IMG/VR virus record: IMGVR_UViG_3300037470_001039
Coordinates: 1-64,000 of that record
Direction: 5' to 3' (one strand)
DNA length: 64,000 nt
Source of the DNA: a virus
The position numbers and the translations under genes were made by a program. The notes beneath the pieces are model-generated. The model was not told the DNA's origin, ran no database searches, and saw only the letters and a program-made list of their open reading frames with translations. This document shows, one piece after another, positions 10,901 to 21,400 of this stretch; positions within the stretch are counted from its first letter, which is position 1; every line of letters starts with the position of its first letter.

Positions 10901-13546
10901 CCAGACGGGGTGCTGCTCTACCCGACCGGCAACGAGGGAGAGGTGTTCTGGGGATCGCTTGATCGCCGCGCGAAGAACCTGAGCAACTGGCACTTCGTCC
11001 GCTACGGGCTTGCCCCCGGAGCGACGACGCTGAACTTCCGCCAGATCGTCGTCGCGGCCGAGATGAATGACCTCCCCGAGGACGACCCGAACAACGTGTG
11101 GTTCCTGACACAGGAGTTCGGCTCGCGCGTCATCGACTCGACCGGAGATCAACTCCTGCTCAAGGCGACGAGCGCGGACAACCAGGTCGGGGTCGAGGGC
11201 CAGGATCTCAGCATCGGGTACGCGCGCATCGAACCCTTCCTGACCCGTCGGATGGCCATCGACGTGGACACGACCTTCCAGGTTGACAGCGGAGTGCTTG
11301 GGGCCGGAGACCTGCTGTACAGTGTCAAGGACGGCCGCAAGGAGGTGCGCCTCGCCACGCTCCTCTACGACGAGACGGGATCCGAGCGCGAGCTCCTCTA
11401 TCTTGAGAACGCGTCTCTCTCCGGCCTCCTGCTGCCCGACCAGCAGGAGTGGTTCAAGACCGGCGCCCTCACGACGGAGCGCGTCGAGGGACACCGCATC
11501 CAGTACGAGCAGGTCGCGGGCGATACGCTCATCTACACGTACTCTCTGCTCCAGGCCCCGGCCGTGGCCCTCGCGTCCGACGGGCGCATCTTCGAGGCGA
11601 CGCTCCAGGTCGAGACGGTCGGGACGACCGACGTCGACGGCGACACCGGCATCTTCCTCGGCACGGACGTCGGTCCGATCGGGACCGCCCGGGGCGTGGG
11701 GCTCCAGCTACGCGTGGCCGCGGGAGTCGACCCCGACCAAGTGTTCCTGTTCTCTCTCGAGACCGGGATCGAGGTCGCGGCCTTCGACGTCGCGTGGAAC
11801 GACGGCGAGCCCCACATCTACCGCGTCATCGCGGACAGCGACGTCATGACCGTCTCGGTCGTGGTCGACGACGTGGTGCTCGGCACCGCGGATCTCCTCC
11901 TGTTCGCGCTCTCGTCCACGGACACGGAGGCGACTCTCGGGTTCGCCTCCACCGTCACCTCGTGCACCGTGCAGGTCGAGGACATGTCCGTGGTGGTGCT
12001 GCCGCCGTCAACGGCCAAGCGCACCCTCGGCGTCTGGCTCGGCGGCGACGTGACCGACATCGACAACTGGAAGGTCCCGCGCACGGACACGCTCGACGTG
12101 CCCAACAGCGACCTGTCCGCCGTGGTCGAGGAGATGGACTGGCGCGCGAGAGTCCGCGCCCGAATCCACCGCGATCCCGGATGGGGCGTGACCATCCTGC
12201 GTCCCGACCTGCTGCCTCCCCCCTACTTCACGGGCAACTTCGCCACCGACTTCACCGAGCCGAGCGCGGGCTGGATCAACGTCGAGTACGTTGATCTCCC
12301 GAACGTCGACGCGTCGCAGATCTTCGGCTTCGTGTCCTTCGGCGCGCTCGATCCACAGTCCATCTCGCAGGCTCGCATCGACGAGGTTCGATACCGCATC
12401 TACCGGTACGCGACCGAGGACGTCATCATGCCGCCGCACATGGTGCTGAACCAGTACAACGTCATCACCAGCGGCGAGTTCAACAAGGACGTGACGGTCG
12501 AGGAGGTCTCGATCGTCTCGACCGACTCGACCACCATCGAGCTCAGCGCGACCAACATCACCGCCGACCGGGTGTTCGGGTTCACGTTCGTCAACGCGGC
12601 GGGAGAGACCGTCGAGTACCTGCCGGGGTCCTTTGAGTTCGACCGCGACACGCAGACGATCACCATCACCTCGTACATGACGCTGGGCTACTACCCGTCG
12701 CTCGACGTGCCGGACGACGATCCTGACTTTGTCAACAACCCGAGTCTCAACGACACGCAGAACTTCCCCTACCCGCCCGAGGTACTGCTCGACCCGACCA
12801 ACGCCGAGTTCGAGGGAGGGACGGGCGGCAACGGCTACCCGATCGACGTGCAGGTGCCGATCACGGTCTCGTTCGCGCCCGGCAAGCCGTTGACGCAGAC
12901 GTACCTGTGCTCGCAACCCCTGCTCGACGGGACCACGCTGCTGAACGAAGGAACTCCGCCCTACGAGACCGCACAGACGGCGAAGGCCACGAAATCCCTG
13001 ATGTGGGGTTCGAGGATCAACGATCCCAACGACGTCCTCAACACCGACCCCGACTTCATCCTGAACGACCCGTTCCGGTTCCTCGGGTTCACGCAGGGCA
13101 AGAAGATCCAGTACGAGGACATCGACTTCTGCGAGGTGTCCGAGGGCGACCTGTGTCGCCTGTCTCCCTTCTGCGACGACAACACGCCGGGGGCTTCCGA
13201 GGCCGGGTTTCCGGGCAACGAGCCGGGCGACATCGGCAACGGCCTCATCAACGTCGAGTTCGGTGGCCTCGCGTTCACGGAGACGGACCCCATCTCCTTC
13301 ACCGACGGTCCCGGGGACGGCTTCGGCGGGTTCGCCGGCACGACCTTCCTCGAGTACAGCGGAGGCGACGAGGATGCGGGGGGCAATCTGAACGAGGCCA
13401 TCCTGTTCACCCCGCTCGGACCCAACACGCCGTCGTTCCAGAGTCCCGACGGTAGCGTGGGGTGGAGCGTCTTCGGCCAGCTCTACGACACCACGACGAA
13501 CACAACCACGAATCTCTTCTTCGGCACCGGAGACACTGGTCCGTAG
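7952..13546 (+). CDS. Very large virion structural protein (1864 aa) with Gly/Tyr-rich N-terminus
   Basis: Long ORF with coding-like composition; three GYGxxxYGxxxYG repeats at the N-terminus; acidic and beta-rich; tail module context. Confidence 0.6.
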   Translation: MSVFGYGLEPYGYGPYGGLGGVTLPPTVPPIGGYGGYAYGLNSYGSLGGFGKPTIAVTGGYGGCSYGTSSYGCVDALGTPPEVIAAISITGFIIEVFFSQEMSPDADLFDPASYTLIDITGAAPVTVLSVEVGVEGYWGPTSVLLNHTGTTLGGLYRVVVSGPRDIGGTAIAAYAPLNQADVLCKGEPPPFTITPISGTELLYEFEYDMLDEAGFSPGIEELDAYGFITTYPQNILPQFVTFPHNADLKQMKMDVIGMTSAEYVGVVSPATAIDYDATYLPNAPQADFISQEIGDGTTTQGVNEILFSKQVGFSYGWRFLDTSGRLLPDSSYRVDITFDAAAEASKIDPAPAAAPVILVLVNDGAVQVSLGFKRLAGVDTLEIESGAFSASSSINWSSQEVTVSLVRNQKADTYTVVVNGEPIVAGLTASFMAPPGFPAGVQFHLDPTGVYEILDFPLKGLVFTATQTIFSAAWNFLHNQNAPFVGNGANAKDFLLTKKGPLVKGWGDATPATKQDVVVYVNGTPVEVLLVNPYYGKIFLTIPIPFMPPGVMEVTVDYIWFPSPIMAMAGLNTLGLVLNKADCKPLCPTGGNSEGVGLPGGGTNGIEFSRFPMGIVLGPGRPQTRKPLLRSPRFIAFQQQYTAALNSPTTLLLNRNPDQIALEGERRDISGEVVFYEGTVDPTEDTPAWEEVGTNEIFSLSEFSITGGDPDTFDGDPNLPDNVLAIPDAQAQGIYQIYKVTAGPYGEGQVAFFSREINTSFPSSITLVTRLQILESEDVNVEDPDLDDIPVPDGVFVGVGFGCHTNNHLYLVGALLINDVQHVGMLVEPAFPELGESWEFAYQTPIQVQDATTFSAQSDELPQLIRERLISDEIVRFQIMDGTQAGVYDVLEIIDQTDGTSTVSIDSSSPFPADPSLYGNRDFTAVFEARWDGDNEENNPITYRLVVKNDVKGIPEGYAELYVGGSFSGVALTLEGAPPFAIPPDGVLLYPTGNEGEVFWGSLDRRAKNLSNWHFVRYGLAPGATTLNFRQIVVAAEMNDLPEDDPNNVWFLTQEFGSRVIDSTGDQLLLKATSADNQVGVEGQDLSIGYARIEPFLTRRMAIDVDTTFQVDSGVLGAGDLLYSVKDGRKEVRLATLLYDETGSERELLYLENASLSGLLLPDQQEWFKTGALTTERVEGHRIQYEQVAGDTLIYTYSLLQAPAVALASDGRIFEATLQVETVGTTDVDGDTGIFLGTDVGPIGTARGVGLQLRVAAGVDPDQVFLFSLETGIEVAAFDVAWNDGEPHIYRVIADSDVMTVSVVVDDVVLGTADLLLFALSSTDTEATLGFASTVTSCTVQVEDMSVVVLPPSTAKRTLGVWLGGDVTDIDNWKVPRTDTLDVPNSDLSAVVEEMDWRARVRARIHRDPGWGVTILRPDLLPPPYFTGNFATDFTEPSAGWINVEYVDLPNVDASQIFGFVSFGALDPQSISQARIDEVRYRIYRYATEDVIMPPHMVLNQYNVITSGEFNKDVTVEEVSIVSTDSTTIELSATNITADRVFGFTFVNAAGETVEYLPGSFEFDRDTQTITITSYMTLGYYPSLDVPDDDPDFVNNPSLNDTQNFPYPPEVLLDPTNAEFEGGTGGNGYPIDVQVPITVSFAPGKPLTQTYLCSQPLLDGTTLLNEGTPPYETAQTAKATKSLMWGSRINDPNDVLNTDPDFILNDPFRFLGFTQGKKIQYEDIDFCEVSEGDLCRLSPFCDDNTPGASEAGFPGNEPGDIGNGLINVEFGGLAFTETDPISFTDGPGDGFGGFAGTTFLEYSGGDEDAGGNLNEAILFTPLGPNTPSFQSPDGSVGWSVFGQLYDTTTNTTTNLFFGTGDTGP

Positions 13547-13561
13547 CGGTTTTCGTCCTAT
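13547..13561 (+). promoter_or_regulatory. Candidate late-promoter motif CGGT-N6-CCTAT
   Basis: Exact match in motif and spacing to 5620-5634. Confidence 0.4.
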
Positions 13562-13587
13562 CAGGAGGCAACTAGCAGGGAGTTCCC

Positions 13588-14241
13588 ATGCCCAAGATCA
13601 TTCGTGAAAACATCCAACCGGCGCGTACCGGGTTCAAACTCGGCATGGGACAGCGCTACGCGGAGCCCTCGCTCCTGCGAGTCCACGGGCGCGTGTTCTG
13701 GAAGATGCGCGACGCTCGGTCGGGCGACCTCCAGCTCAAGCGTGAGCAGGACAACGTCGTCACGCTCGACGCCGGGCTGCTCGTCGCTCGCCTCATGAAG
13801 GACCCGAACGAACCCGCCCACGGCATCAACATGCTCGCGGTGGGCACCGGTGCGCTCGGTGCGGTCCTGAATCCTGACGCTCCCACCAACCAGCAGCGGC
13901 GTCTGAACAACGAGATCGCGCGCAAGACCTTCTCGGAGACGACCTTCCGCGACGCGAACGGCGCCGCGGTGGCCTACCCGACGAACGTCGTGGACTTCAC
14001 GACGATCTACGGCGAGTCCGAGGCCGTGGGCCCCCTCAACGAGATGGGCCTGCTTTCCACGATCTCGGACAACACCGCCGTCAAGAACGACAACCCCAAC
14101 TTCGCCGGTCAGGGCGGCGAGCCGTACGACCCGACGATTGACGTCTCGAACTACGACGAGCTCGTCAACTACCTGACCTTCTCCGTCATCACCAAGCCCG
14201 CGACCTCGATCCTGACCATCACCTGGCGATTGAGTTTTTGA
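13588..14241 (+). CDS. Baseplate/tail-fibre attachment protein (217 aa)
   Basis: NVVT, LAVGTG, L.NEIARK, EAVGPLNEMGL and ITK....LTITWRLSF match the pattern of common phage tail-collar/baseplate proteins. Confidence 0.65.
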   Translation: MPKIIRENIQPARTGFKLGMGQRYAEPSLLRVHGRVFWKMRDARSGDLQLKREQDNVVTLDAGLLVARLMKDPNEPAHGINMLAVGTGALGAVLNPDAPTNQQRRLNNEIARKTFSETTFRDANGAAVAYPTNVVDFTTIYGESEAVGPLNEMGLLSTISDNTAVKNDNPNFAGQGGEPYDPTIDVSNYDELVNYLTFSVITKPATSILTITWRLSF

Positions 14242-14248
14242 CGAAGCG

Positions 14249-15034
14249 ATGAAAACGTGCCCCTCATGCGGCGTTGAGAAGGACGCCACTGCCTTCGGCA
14301 GGAACAAGCGTCGCCCCGACGGCTTGTCCTGCTACTGTCGCGACTGCTCGCGCACGAAGGCACGAGAGTTCGCCCGGACGCCCGCGCAGCAAGCCAAGCG
14401 CAGGGCGTACTACGAGGCCAACAAGGGGGTTCTGCTCGCACAAGCGAAGGAGCGGTGGGAGCAGAACAAGGAGCAGTACGAGCCTGCGCGACAGAGGTGG
14501 GCCGCGGGCAACCGCGAAAAGCTGCTCGCGTACTACGCGGACAAGGGAGCCGTGCACCGTACCTTCATCGACGAGATCAAGCACGACAAGCCTTGTCTCG
14601 ACTGTCGCCGCGTCTTCGCGCCTTACATCATGGAGTTCGACCATGTCCGTGGCCGAAAGCGGTTCAACATCGGTAAGATGGCGAACCATAGCCGGGAGCG
14701 CGTGCTGGCCGAGATCGAGAAGTGCGAGCTCGTGTGCTGCGTCTGCCACCGCATCCAAAGTCATGCTCGGCGCCCGGCCGCGAAGACTCCAAAACTCCTC
14801 GCGTTCCGAGAGTGGATCAACGAGATCAAGGATAGGGCCTGTCTCGACTGTCATCGCAGGTTCAACCCCGAGGCCATGGACTTTGACCACGTCGAGGGTC
14901 AGAAGGTTCTTCAGGTTTCTGACATGTGGTCTTGGAGCCGCGAGAAGGTCGTCGCCGAGATCGCCAAGTGCGAGTTGATCTGTGCGAACTGCCCTCGTGA
15001 GCGCACGGTGTTCCGCATGAGAGAGGCTGCGTAG
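14249..15034 (+). CDS. HNH homing endonuclease with two tandem HNH/Zn modules
   Basis: N-terminal CPSC...DGLSCYCRDC, then two copies of CLDC...(E/D)FDHV.G.K...AEI.KCEL.C..C. Confidence 0.8.
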   Translation: MKTCPSCGVEKDATAFGRNKRRPDGLSCYCRDCSRTKAREFARTPAQQAKRRAYYEANKGVLLAQAKERWEQNKEQYEPARQRWAAGNREKLLAYYADKGAVHRTFIDEIKHDKPCLDCRRVFAPYIMEFDHVRGRKRFNIGKMANHSRERVLAEIEKCELVCCVCHRIQSHARRPAAKTPKLLAFREWINEIKDRACLDCHRRFNPEAMDFDHVEGQKVLQVSDMWSWSREKVVAEIAKCELICANCPRERTVFRMREAA

Positions 15035-15036
15035 CG

Positions 15037-18000
15037 ATGCCCACGCGACCCAAGTTCTACCCCGCGTCAGTCAGCCGCTACCTCGACCCGAAGGAGCGGT
15101 CCTGGGACACCGTCGTGGCCCAGATGGGGAAACTCGTCCTCGACGCGGAGAAGAACCTCGAGCAGGACATGCGCGACCTCGAGCGCATCCGCCAGCTCGC
15201 GCGTCAGGTCCCGTCGGGGTGGGTGCGTGGACAGTCCCGCGGGGACGCCTACAACGAGTTCAACTACGACGACCCGTGGCTGCCGGGGCCGGTGCTGAAC
15301 CCCGACTTCGTGCCCAATGCCCTCCACATGCAGAGGGTGCAGGCGCTCGTGGCGGGCATGCTGCTCGACATCGAGTACGTCGACACCGACGCCAAGGGCG
15401 ACAATCTCATCATCCTCGACGCGCCCACGACCTTCGACGGGACGCCGGCCACGTTCAAGCGCACCGACTTCGTGTTCCTCGAAGTCTGGCTCGCGCTCGT
15501 CAGCGAGAGCCCGAACGCCAAGGGCAGCCTGTTCGTGAACGATCCCGTGGCCGTCATGGTCGGCGACACCGTCACCGTCGACGGCGTCGTCCTGACGGCC
15601 GTGCTCGTCCCCCCGGGTCCGCTCCAGTTCCAGATCATCCCGCTCAACCCGGCCACGACGGCGAGCAACCTCGCCGCCAAGATCAACGCGAATGTCCCCT
15701 CCGTCACCGCGGTGGCAATCGTGAACAATGTGCAGATCACGGCCAACGTGCCCGGGGTTGCTGGCAACACCATCACGCTCGGGAGTTCCAACCCCGCAGG
15801 CATCCTCGCGTCGGGCGGCTTCCTGACCGGAGGCGCCGATACCTCGAACAAGCCGACGCAGATGATGGTCTACCGTCACGGCAACGTCGACTCCTCGGCC
15901 GCGGTCGCGCTGCCCGATGACATCGAGGACCCCGCCGTGGGCGTCGAGACGAGCAAGCGCGTGCAGGTGCAGTACCGCATCCGCCATACCGGCGTGGCCG
16001 AGGGCGTCAACTTCAAATTCGAGGGTGACGGGTTCTCCAACCCGAACATCCTCGCGCAGGGCACCAATGTCGCCCCCGTGGCGATGTACCCCTTCGTCCC
16101 GGCCGACCTCAAGTCCGTGATCGACAACAGCGACGCTCGAGACGGCATCGCGGGCACGGACATCGGCTACGGCCTCCTCGACAACGGCCTGTGGATTGCG
16201 GGCAACGGGACGGCCTCCTCCGCCACGGACCTTGGGACGATCGACGGTTTCGTGTATGCCATCCCTCTCTGTTTCGTGTTCCGTCGCAACGATGCTACGG
16301 CCGGCATTGGGTTCAATCCGCTCGAGAACACGAACGGGGGCCTTGCCCACAACCACGGGGGTATTGCGAACCCCAGCCTGTTCAACCCGGTGGCGGTCGG
16401 CGAGTCGGGACGCCCGGATGGAGTATTCGCCGACCAGATCGTCGACAACGACGTCCTCGACCTGCGGCGCCACGTCAAACTCGCCGACCATGATTTCGTA
16501 GGTGAGCTCCAGTACCAGATGCAGTGCCTCCAGGATGGCACCGTCCGTACCTGGGCCATCGACACGGCGTCGAAGCAGGAGCTGGGCGCGGGGTCGGGAG
16601 ACGTGTCCACGCGCAACCTCGTGGCGAATGAGATTGGACGCACCGCGGCTTCGGGCGGCGTGGCCCCGCTGTCTGGCGACACAACCCGCGGCGAGACCAT
16701 CCGCAACTTCGACCACATTGCGCGGCGGTTCGGGGACCAGCCCGTCGTCGAGCGTGTCGTGTTCGCGCTGCTGCCGACGGATGACTCGGTCAGCTTTCCG
16801 GCCAAGTACGTCGTGCGCCCGGGCTACGCGGCCGCCTTCACGGGGTGGGCCGAGGGCGACGAGATCAACATCGACCTTGACGAGTTCAACGCGTCGACCC
16901 TCGGCGACTTCGACCCGGGCAACGTGACCTCGTGGGTCTCCCCGAGCGCGGTCTGGACCGTTCTCGCCCCTCCGGGGAGCACCATCACCGACGTCCTGTC
17001 GATCTACCACGACGACGGCAACTGGGGCGTCGCGGTCGACCAGACGCTCAAGGCGACGACGATCATCGGTCTCGGGACACCTCACCTCCAGATCACCCTC
17101 GACACCAACCCCACGCAGGTGACCGGAGGGATCAACGCCGCCGCCCACGATATGGTGGGAGACAGCATCACGGGCGACGTGGGATCGCCCCGCCGCGTCT
17201 TCGTCGAACTCGAAATCACCTACCCGCTCGGCGTCGGCACGACGGACACCCCCGACCACGAGGTCGTCCCGGACCCGGGCCCATGGCCCTACGGTCCGAT
17301 GCTTGAGAACTGGCTGCCCACCGGTCCCGACCAGCGACCGGCCGACATGGAGGATCGCCGAGCCCCCGCCTTTCGTCAGGGATTCCGGGAGGTCGAGGTT
17401 GAGTACGTCGCCAACGACCCGACCGCCGGAGGCGGCAACGCGGGCATCCCAATCGGCACGCTGACTCTGGAGACGGTCGTGAGTCGCGACCCGCTGAACA
17501 TCGTGCTGCCGCGGAGGTTCTGGGGCGACAGCGTCACCTCCGTGCTCGTGACGGACGTCGACGACGGCAACCCTCGAGACGTGGATGACCCTAACTCGCA
17601 TTACGGGGCCTCGAGCCGCCTCGTGGTGCTCAATAACACGGGTATCCCTCCCGCGGTCCCGCTCTCGGGCGCCGGCCAGACGCTGTGCGAGGTCCGGTTC
17701 TTCGCGCAGGACGCGGTGCCGAACTATGGTCCCGCGGGCGCCGGCTACCAGCAGACGATCTACTACCGGACCAATGCTCCGCAGACCGTGGGAGTCAAGG
17801 AGGGCGTCATCAGCACGACCATCCAGGACTTCCCGTACACGGGGGCCGTCGGCCCGCTGCCGTCAACTCTGCAGGTCGAGCCGCTCTACATCAGCACGAA
17901 CGTATGGACCGGCCAGGTGGGCATGGGTAGTGTGGAACTCCCGTTCCCCTACTACGCGCCGCTCGATCAACTTCCCGTCAACGACGGGCGCACCGAGGTC

Positions 18001-18468
18001 CCGCCAGCTCCCGTCACGTTCCCGGGAGAGTACTACTTCGCCGCCACGGCCAGCATCTCGATCGACGACTTCGACGCCGAGGTAGGCACACTCGCCCTGC
18101 ACTCGCTCGTCCCCGCGGACGGCTCGACGGGCTGGACGGTCGGAGGCACCCCGGTCACGGACGAGCCGTTCAAGGACACTGAATTCCGGGCTGTGTACCC
18201 GGTCATCAACCGGAGCTCACACCGGCCCACGGCGATGGGGCAGGGGATGAGCAACGTGGTGCGCCACAAGGTGTTCGTCCCCGTGCTCGCGCGGTCTCTT
18301 CAAGACAGCTCGCTGTTCCGCAAGGACGAGATCCTCTTGCTGGTCATCACCCGGTGGGCGCTCCTCGATGCGAACAACGACGTTACGTTCGCCGACGCCG
18401 GAGGCAACACGGGCGTCGGAGTCTACCGCACGAAGAACCTCCTCATGACCACGGGGAATCAGGAGTAG
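15037..18468 (+). CDS. Large baseplate/tail structural protein (1143 aa), paralog of 26104..31776
   Basis: Shares DFVFLE.W, ET..RVQ.QYRIR, LGT.DG..YAIP.C..FRRN and RPDG.FAD....DVLDLRR blocks with the 1890-aa ORF. Confidence 0.65.
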   Translation: MPTRPKFYPASVSRYLDPKERSWDTVVAQMGKLVLDAEKNLEQDMRDLERIRQLARQVPSGWVRGQSRGDAYNEFNYDDPWLPGPVLNPDFVPNALHMQRVQALVAGMLLDIEYVDTDAKGDNLIILDAPTTFDGTPATFKRTDFVFLEVWLALVSESPNAKGSLFVNDPVAVMVGDTVTVDGVVLTAVLVPPGPLQFQIIPLNPATTASNLAAKINANVPSVTAVAIVNNVQITANVPGVAGNTITLGSSNPAGILASGGFLTGGADTSNKPTQMMVYRHGNVDSSAAVALPDDIEDPAVGVETSKRVQVQYRIRHTGVAEGVNFKFEGDGFSNPNILAQGTNVAPVAMYPFVPADLKSVIDNSDARDGIAGTDIGYGLLDNGLWIAGNGTASSATDLGTIDGFVYAIPLCFVFRRNDATAGIGFNPLENTNGGLAHNHGGIANPSLFNPVAVGESGRPDGVFADQIVDNDVLDLRRHVKLADHDFVGELQYQMQCLQDGTVRTWAIDTASKQELGAGSGDVSTRNLVANEIGRTAASGGVAPLSGDTTRGETIRNFDHIARRFGDQPVVERVVFALLPTDDSVSFPAKYVVRPGYAAAFTGWAEGDEINIDLDEFNASTLGDFDPGNVTSWVSPSAVWTVLAPPGSTITDVLSIYHDDGNWGVAVDQTLKATTIIGLGTPHLQITLDTNPTQVTGGINAAAHDMVGDSITGDVGSPRRVFVELEITYPLGVGTTDTPDHEVVPDPGPWPYGPMLENWLPTGPDQRPADMEDRRAPAFRQGFREVEVEYVANDPTAGGGNAGIPIGTLTLETVVSRDPLNIVLPRRFWGDSVTSVLVTDVDDGNPRDVDDPNSHYGASSRLVVLNNTGIPPAVPLSGAGQTLCEVRFFAQDAVPNYGPAGAGYQQTIYYRTNAPQTVGVKEGVISTTIQDFPYTGAVGPLPSTLQVEPLYISTNVWTGQVGMGSVELPFPYYAPLDQLPVNDGRTEVPPAPVTFPGEYYFAATASISIDDFDAEVGTLALHSLVPADGSTGWTVGGTPVTDEPFKDTEFRAVYPVINRSSHRPTAMGQGMSNVVRHKVFVPVLARSLQDSSLFRKDEILLLVITRWALLDANNDVTFADAGGNTGVGVYRTKNLLMTTGNQE

Positions 18469-18472
18469 CGCC

Positions 18473-21400
18473 ATGCCTCGCAACGTAGACCCCGGCAGCA
18501 TCAAGAAGGGATCTGGTCTGGCGAACCAGAACTCGGTGGACTCCAACTCGTTCACCGACGAGGTCATCGAGGGCCAGCAGCACGGTCTTGAGGCGCACAT
18601 CAACGATCCGCAGGACGCCCACGACGCGTCCGCGATTTCGACGACGACCTCGGGCGGCATCTACTACGGAGACGACGTCCAGTCCAACCTCGACGAGCTC
18701 AGCGCGCTCGTCCCTCCGCGGCCGCCGTCCATCGGAAACTTCTCCACCTTCCTGGAGTACACGGGCATCCCAGACTGGGGGCGCCTCAAACTCAACGACG
18801 GGGGCTTCGTAGCGCGAGGGCAGGTTGTACCCCCGGACCCGGGCGCGCCCACCAACGATTTCTTCGTGTTCAACGAGTTCTGGTGGCCGCCGTTCGAGGC
18901 GCAGAATATCTTCCCCGCGTCGCCCAACCCCCCGGGAGGCGTCTTCACGACGCCGGGCCAAGACCCGAGCACGGACCCGACCTTCAACGTTCTCGAGGGA
19001 GCCGCGACGCACCAGGGCGGTTTCACTCGGACGATCCCCGTCATCGAGACGGCTCGCGTGCGAGAGAGCGGCGACTTCGAGACGAACGTCTCGGGCACCG
19101 TCTACCCCGCCGACCGTGGCGTCATCGCCCTGTTCCACTGGCCGGCCGGCGGAGACGTGTCCGACTTCCTCGCACAGCCCCTGACGGACCAGGTGGTCGC
19201 GGCGATCCTGTGTGGGCAGGGCATCAATGGAGACTGCGACGGCGACCCGGGGGGTATCTTTGAGGAGGGCGACCCGAACGTGTTCGCGTTCCCTGGTCGC
19301 GCGACGGGACAGTACGACCTCGTCGAGTTGCACTCGGGCACGAACAACCAGACCGGCGACCCGTTGCCCGGAGGCGCCAATTCGGCTGCGGGCCAGGTCC
19401 GGCTCGGGAGCGACCCGGCCGCCGGAGTCCCGGTGGTCGTGGGTGGCATCCCTATCCTCGGGGCCACCTCGATCGCTAACGGTGGCGGAAACAACACCAA
19501 CTTCTTCCGGTACCGGCTCCCCTACCTCGACGATTACTCGGCCGCGACGGGGATCGAGTACACACCAGCCGTCGAGCGTCCGCGCTACTTTGAGAAGCCC
19601 CCGGTCTCGCTCGACCCGGGCGTCGACCTGACGCAGGCCGGCGACTTCCCGGACTTCCCGAAGGACTACTGGACCTTCCAGGTCTGTCGTTTCCGCCACG
19701 AGTTCGACGTGGGCCTCGACTTCCCGGACCACGGCTCCTACCTTCTGCTGCACTTCCGGCGCGAGGCCGACTTCGAGGCGTTCGCCCGTGACGGCATCAT
19801 GCCCGACGACGTCTCCTTCGGGTACGACCTGTGGAGCGCCGGGCTTGTCAACTACAGCTTTCCCGAGAGCACGGATAACCTGATCGACGTGACCGACCCG
19901 CTCGCGCCGGTCACGTCGGCCGCCTACCACGTCCTGCGCGGGGCCATCTTCACGCCCGACAACCCGGGTCTCATCAACACGGCGCTCTCCTTCACCTACG
20001 ACCGCGAGCGCGACGAGGTCATGTTCTGCTCCGGGGTGCAGCATTTCCTGCCCAACGGGAGCGGCATCGGCACGAACTGGCAGATTGACACGCTCTCGTT
20101 CGGCGTCGACAACCTGTTCAACAGCTCGTACCGCCTTGGGTTCAACGCGGGCGCGACCGCCATCACGCCGGGCCTCACCCACATGAACCCGGCCGTCCTG
20201 TACCTCGGCGCCGGGACTGCCGACCAGAACATCGTCAACGGGCTCGGCGTCGGGTACACCGGGACCGCGTTCTACCAGCGCGTGGACTTCGACTACACGG
20301 ACCTCGACTCCGTGAGCGGCCCCTTCGACCTGACCACGGGGCCGACGACGCTCGCCTCGGCCGACATCATCCTGCTCGGGGGGGACACGCCGATCACGTT
20401 CGCGGGCGACGACGCGCAGTGCCACTTCTGGTTCAACGCTCGCGTGCGCATGTTCGTTCGTCGTCCTCCCCTTCACAACGACGCCACGCCGGGCATGACG
20501 GAGTTCACGTTCCCGCTCCCCGGCGGCGATATGGTGCTCATGCACACGACGTCGCACTCGCCGAGTTTCGACAGCGGAGGCGATTATGGCAACTTCAAGA
20601 CAGGCGTTGGGGACTTCCCACCCCGCGCCAACCTCGAGAACCCGCGCAAGGATGTGGAGGAGCGCTTCTACGACGAGGTCTACCGCGTGGCGCAGTCGAG
20701 CATGATCATGCTCGACCCGACCTACAACGGGAGCGTCGGCAACCTGACGGGGCCAGGCCTTCCCTTCGGGCCGCTCGGGCCACTCGAACTCCCCGTGAGA
20801 TTCGCCTCGGAGGCCCTCGTCTCCTTCGGGTTCGCCAGCTACCTGCGCACAGACCTGCACCAGGCCGACCTCGCGCTGAGCCCTCTCGTCGCCGCCCTCG
20901 AGGCGCAGGTGTCCGGGCTCCCGGACCGCTCGCCCCCGGCCACGGACGGCGTCGAGAACCCGTGCCCGTTCAGCGGAATGCTGATCTACCCGCAGATCGA
21001 CTACACGACGGGGTTCCGTCCCTCGATCGCGGGCGGCGACACCACGGTCACGCAGCCCAACTACAGCACCATCGCGGACGCGGACCGCCGCTACATCCGC
21101 GTCTTCGATGCCGCGTACAGCAACCAGGCGGCCGCGGGAGACCGAGAGCCCGGCGTCGTCGGGCAGCCCTTCCTCACGTTCCGCATCGACGGCCTCGAGC
21201 TCGCCGACTTCGCCTACGCGGCGCCGGGGCCCGGATCAGCCCTGATCGCGCTCGAGGTGAAGGTCCCGGGGCTCACGACCTGGATGGACCTGGGGCGTCG
21301 GGACATGGACGGCCCCTCCAAGCAGGACCCCCTCGTGGACGGCGCCGGGTGCCAGATCCTCGATCCGAATGCAACGTTCGACGGGCGCGACGCGGTCACC

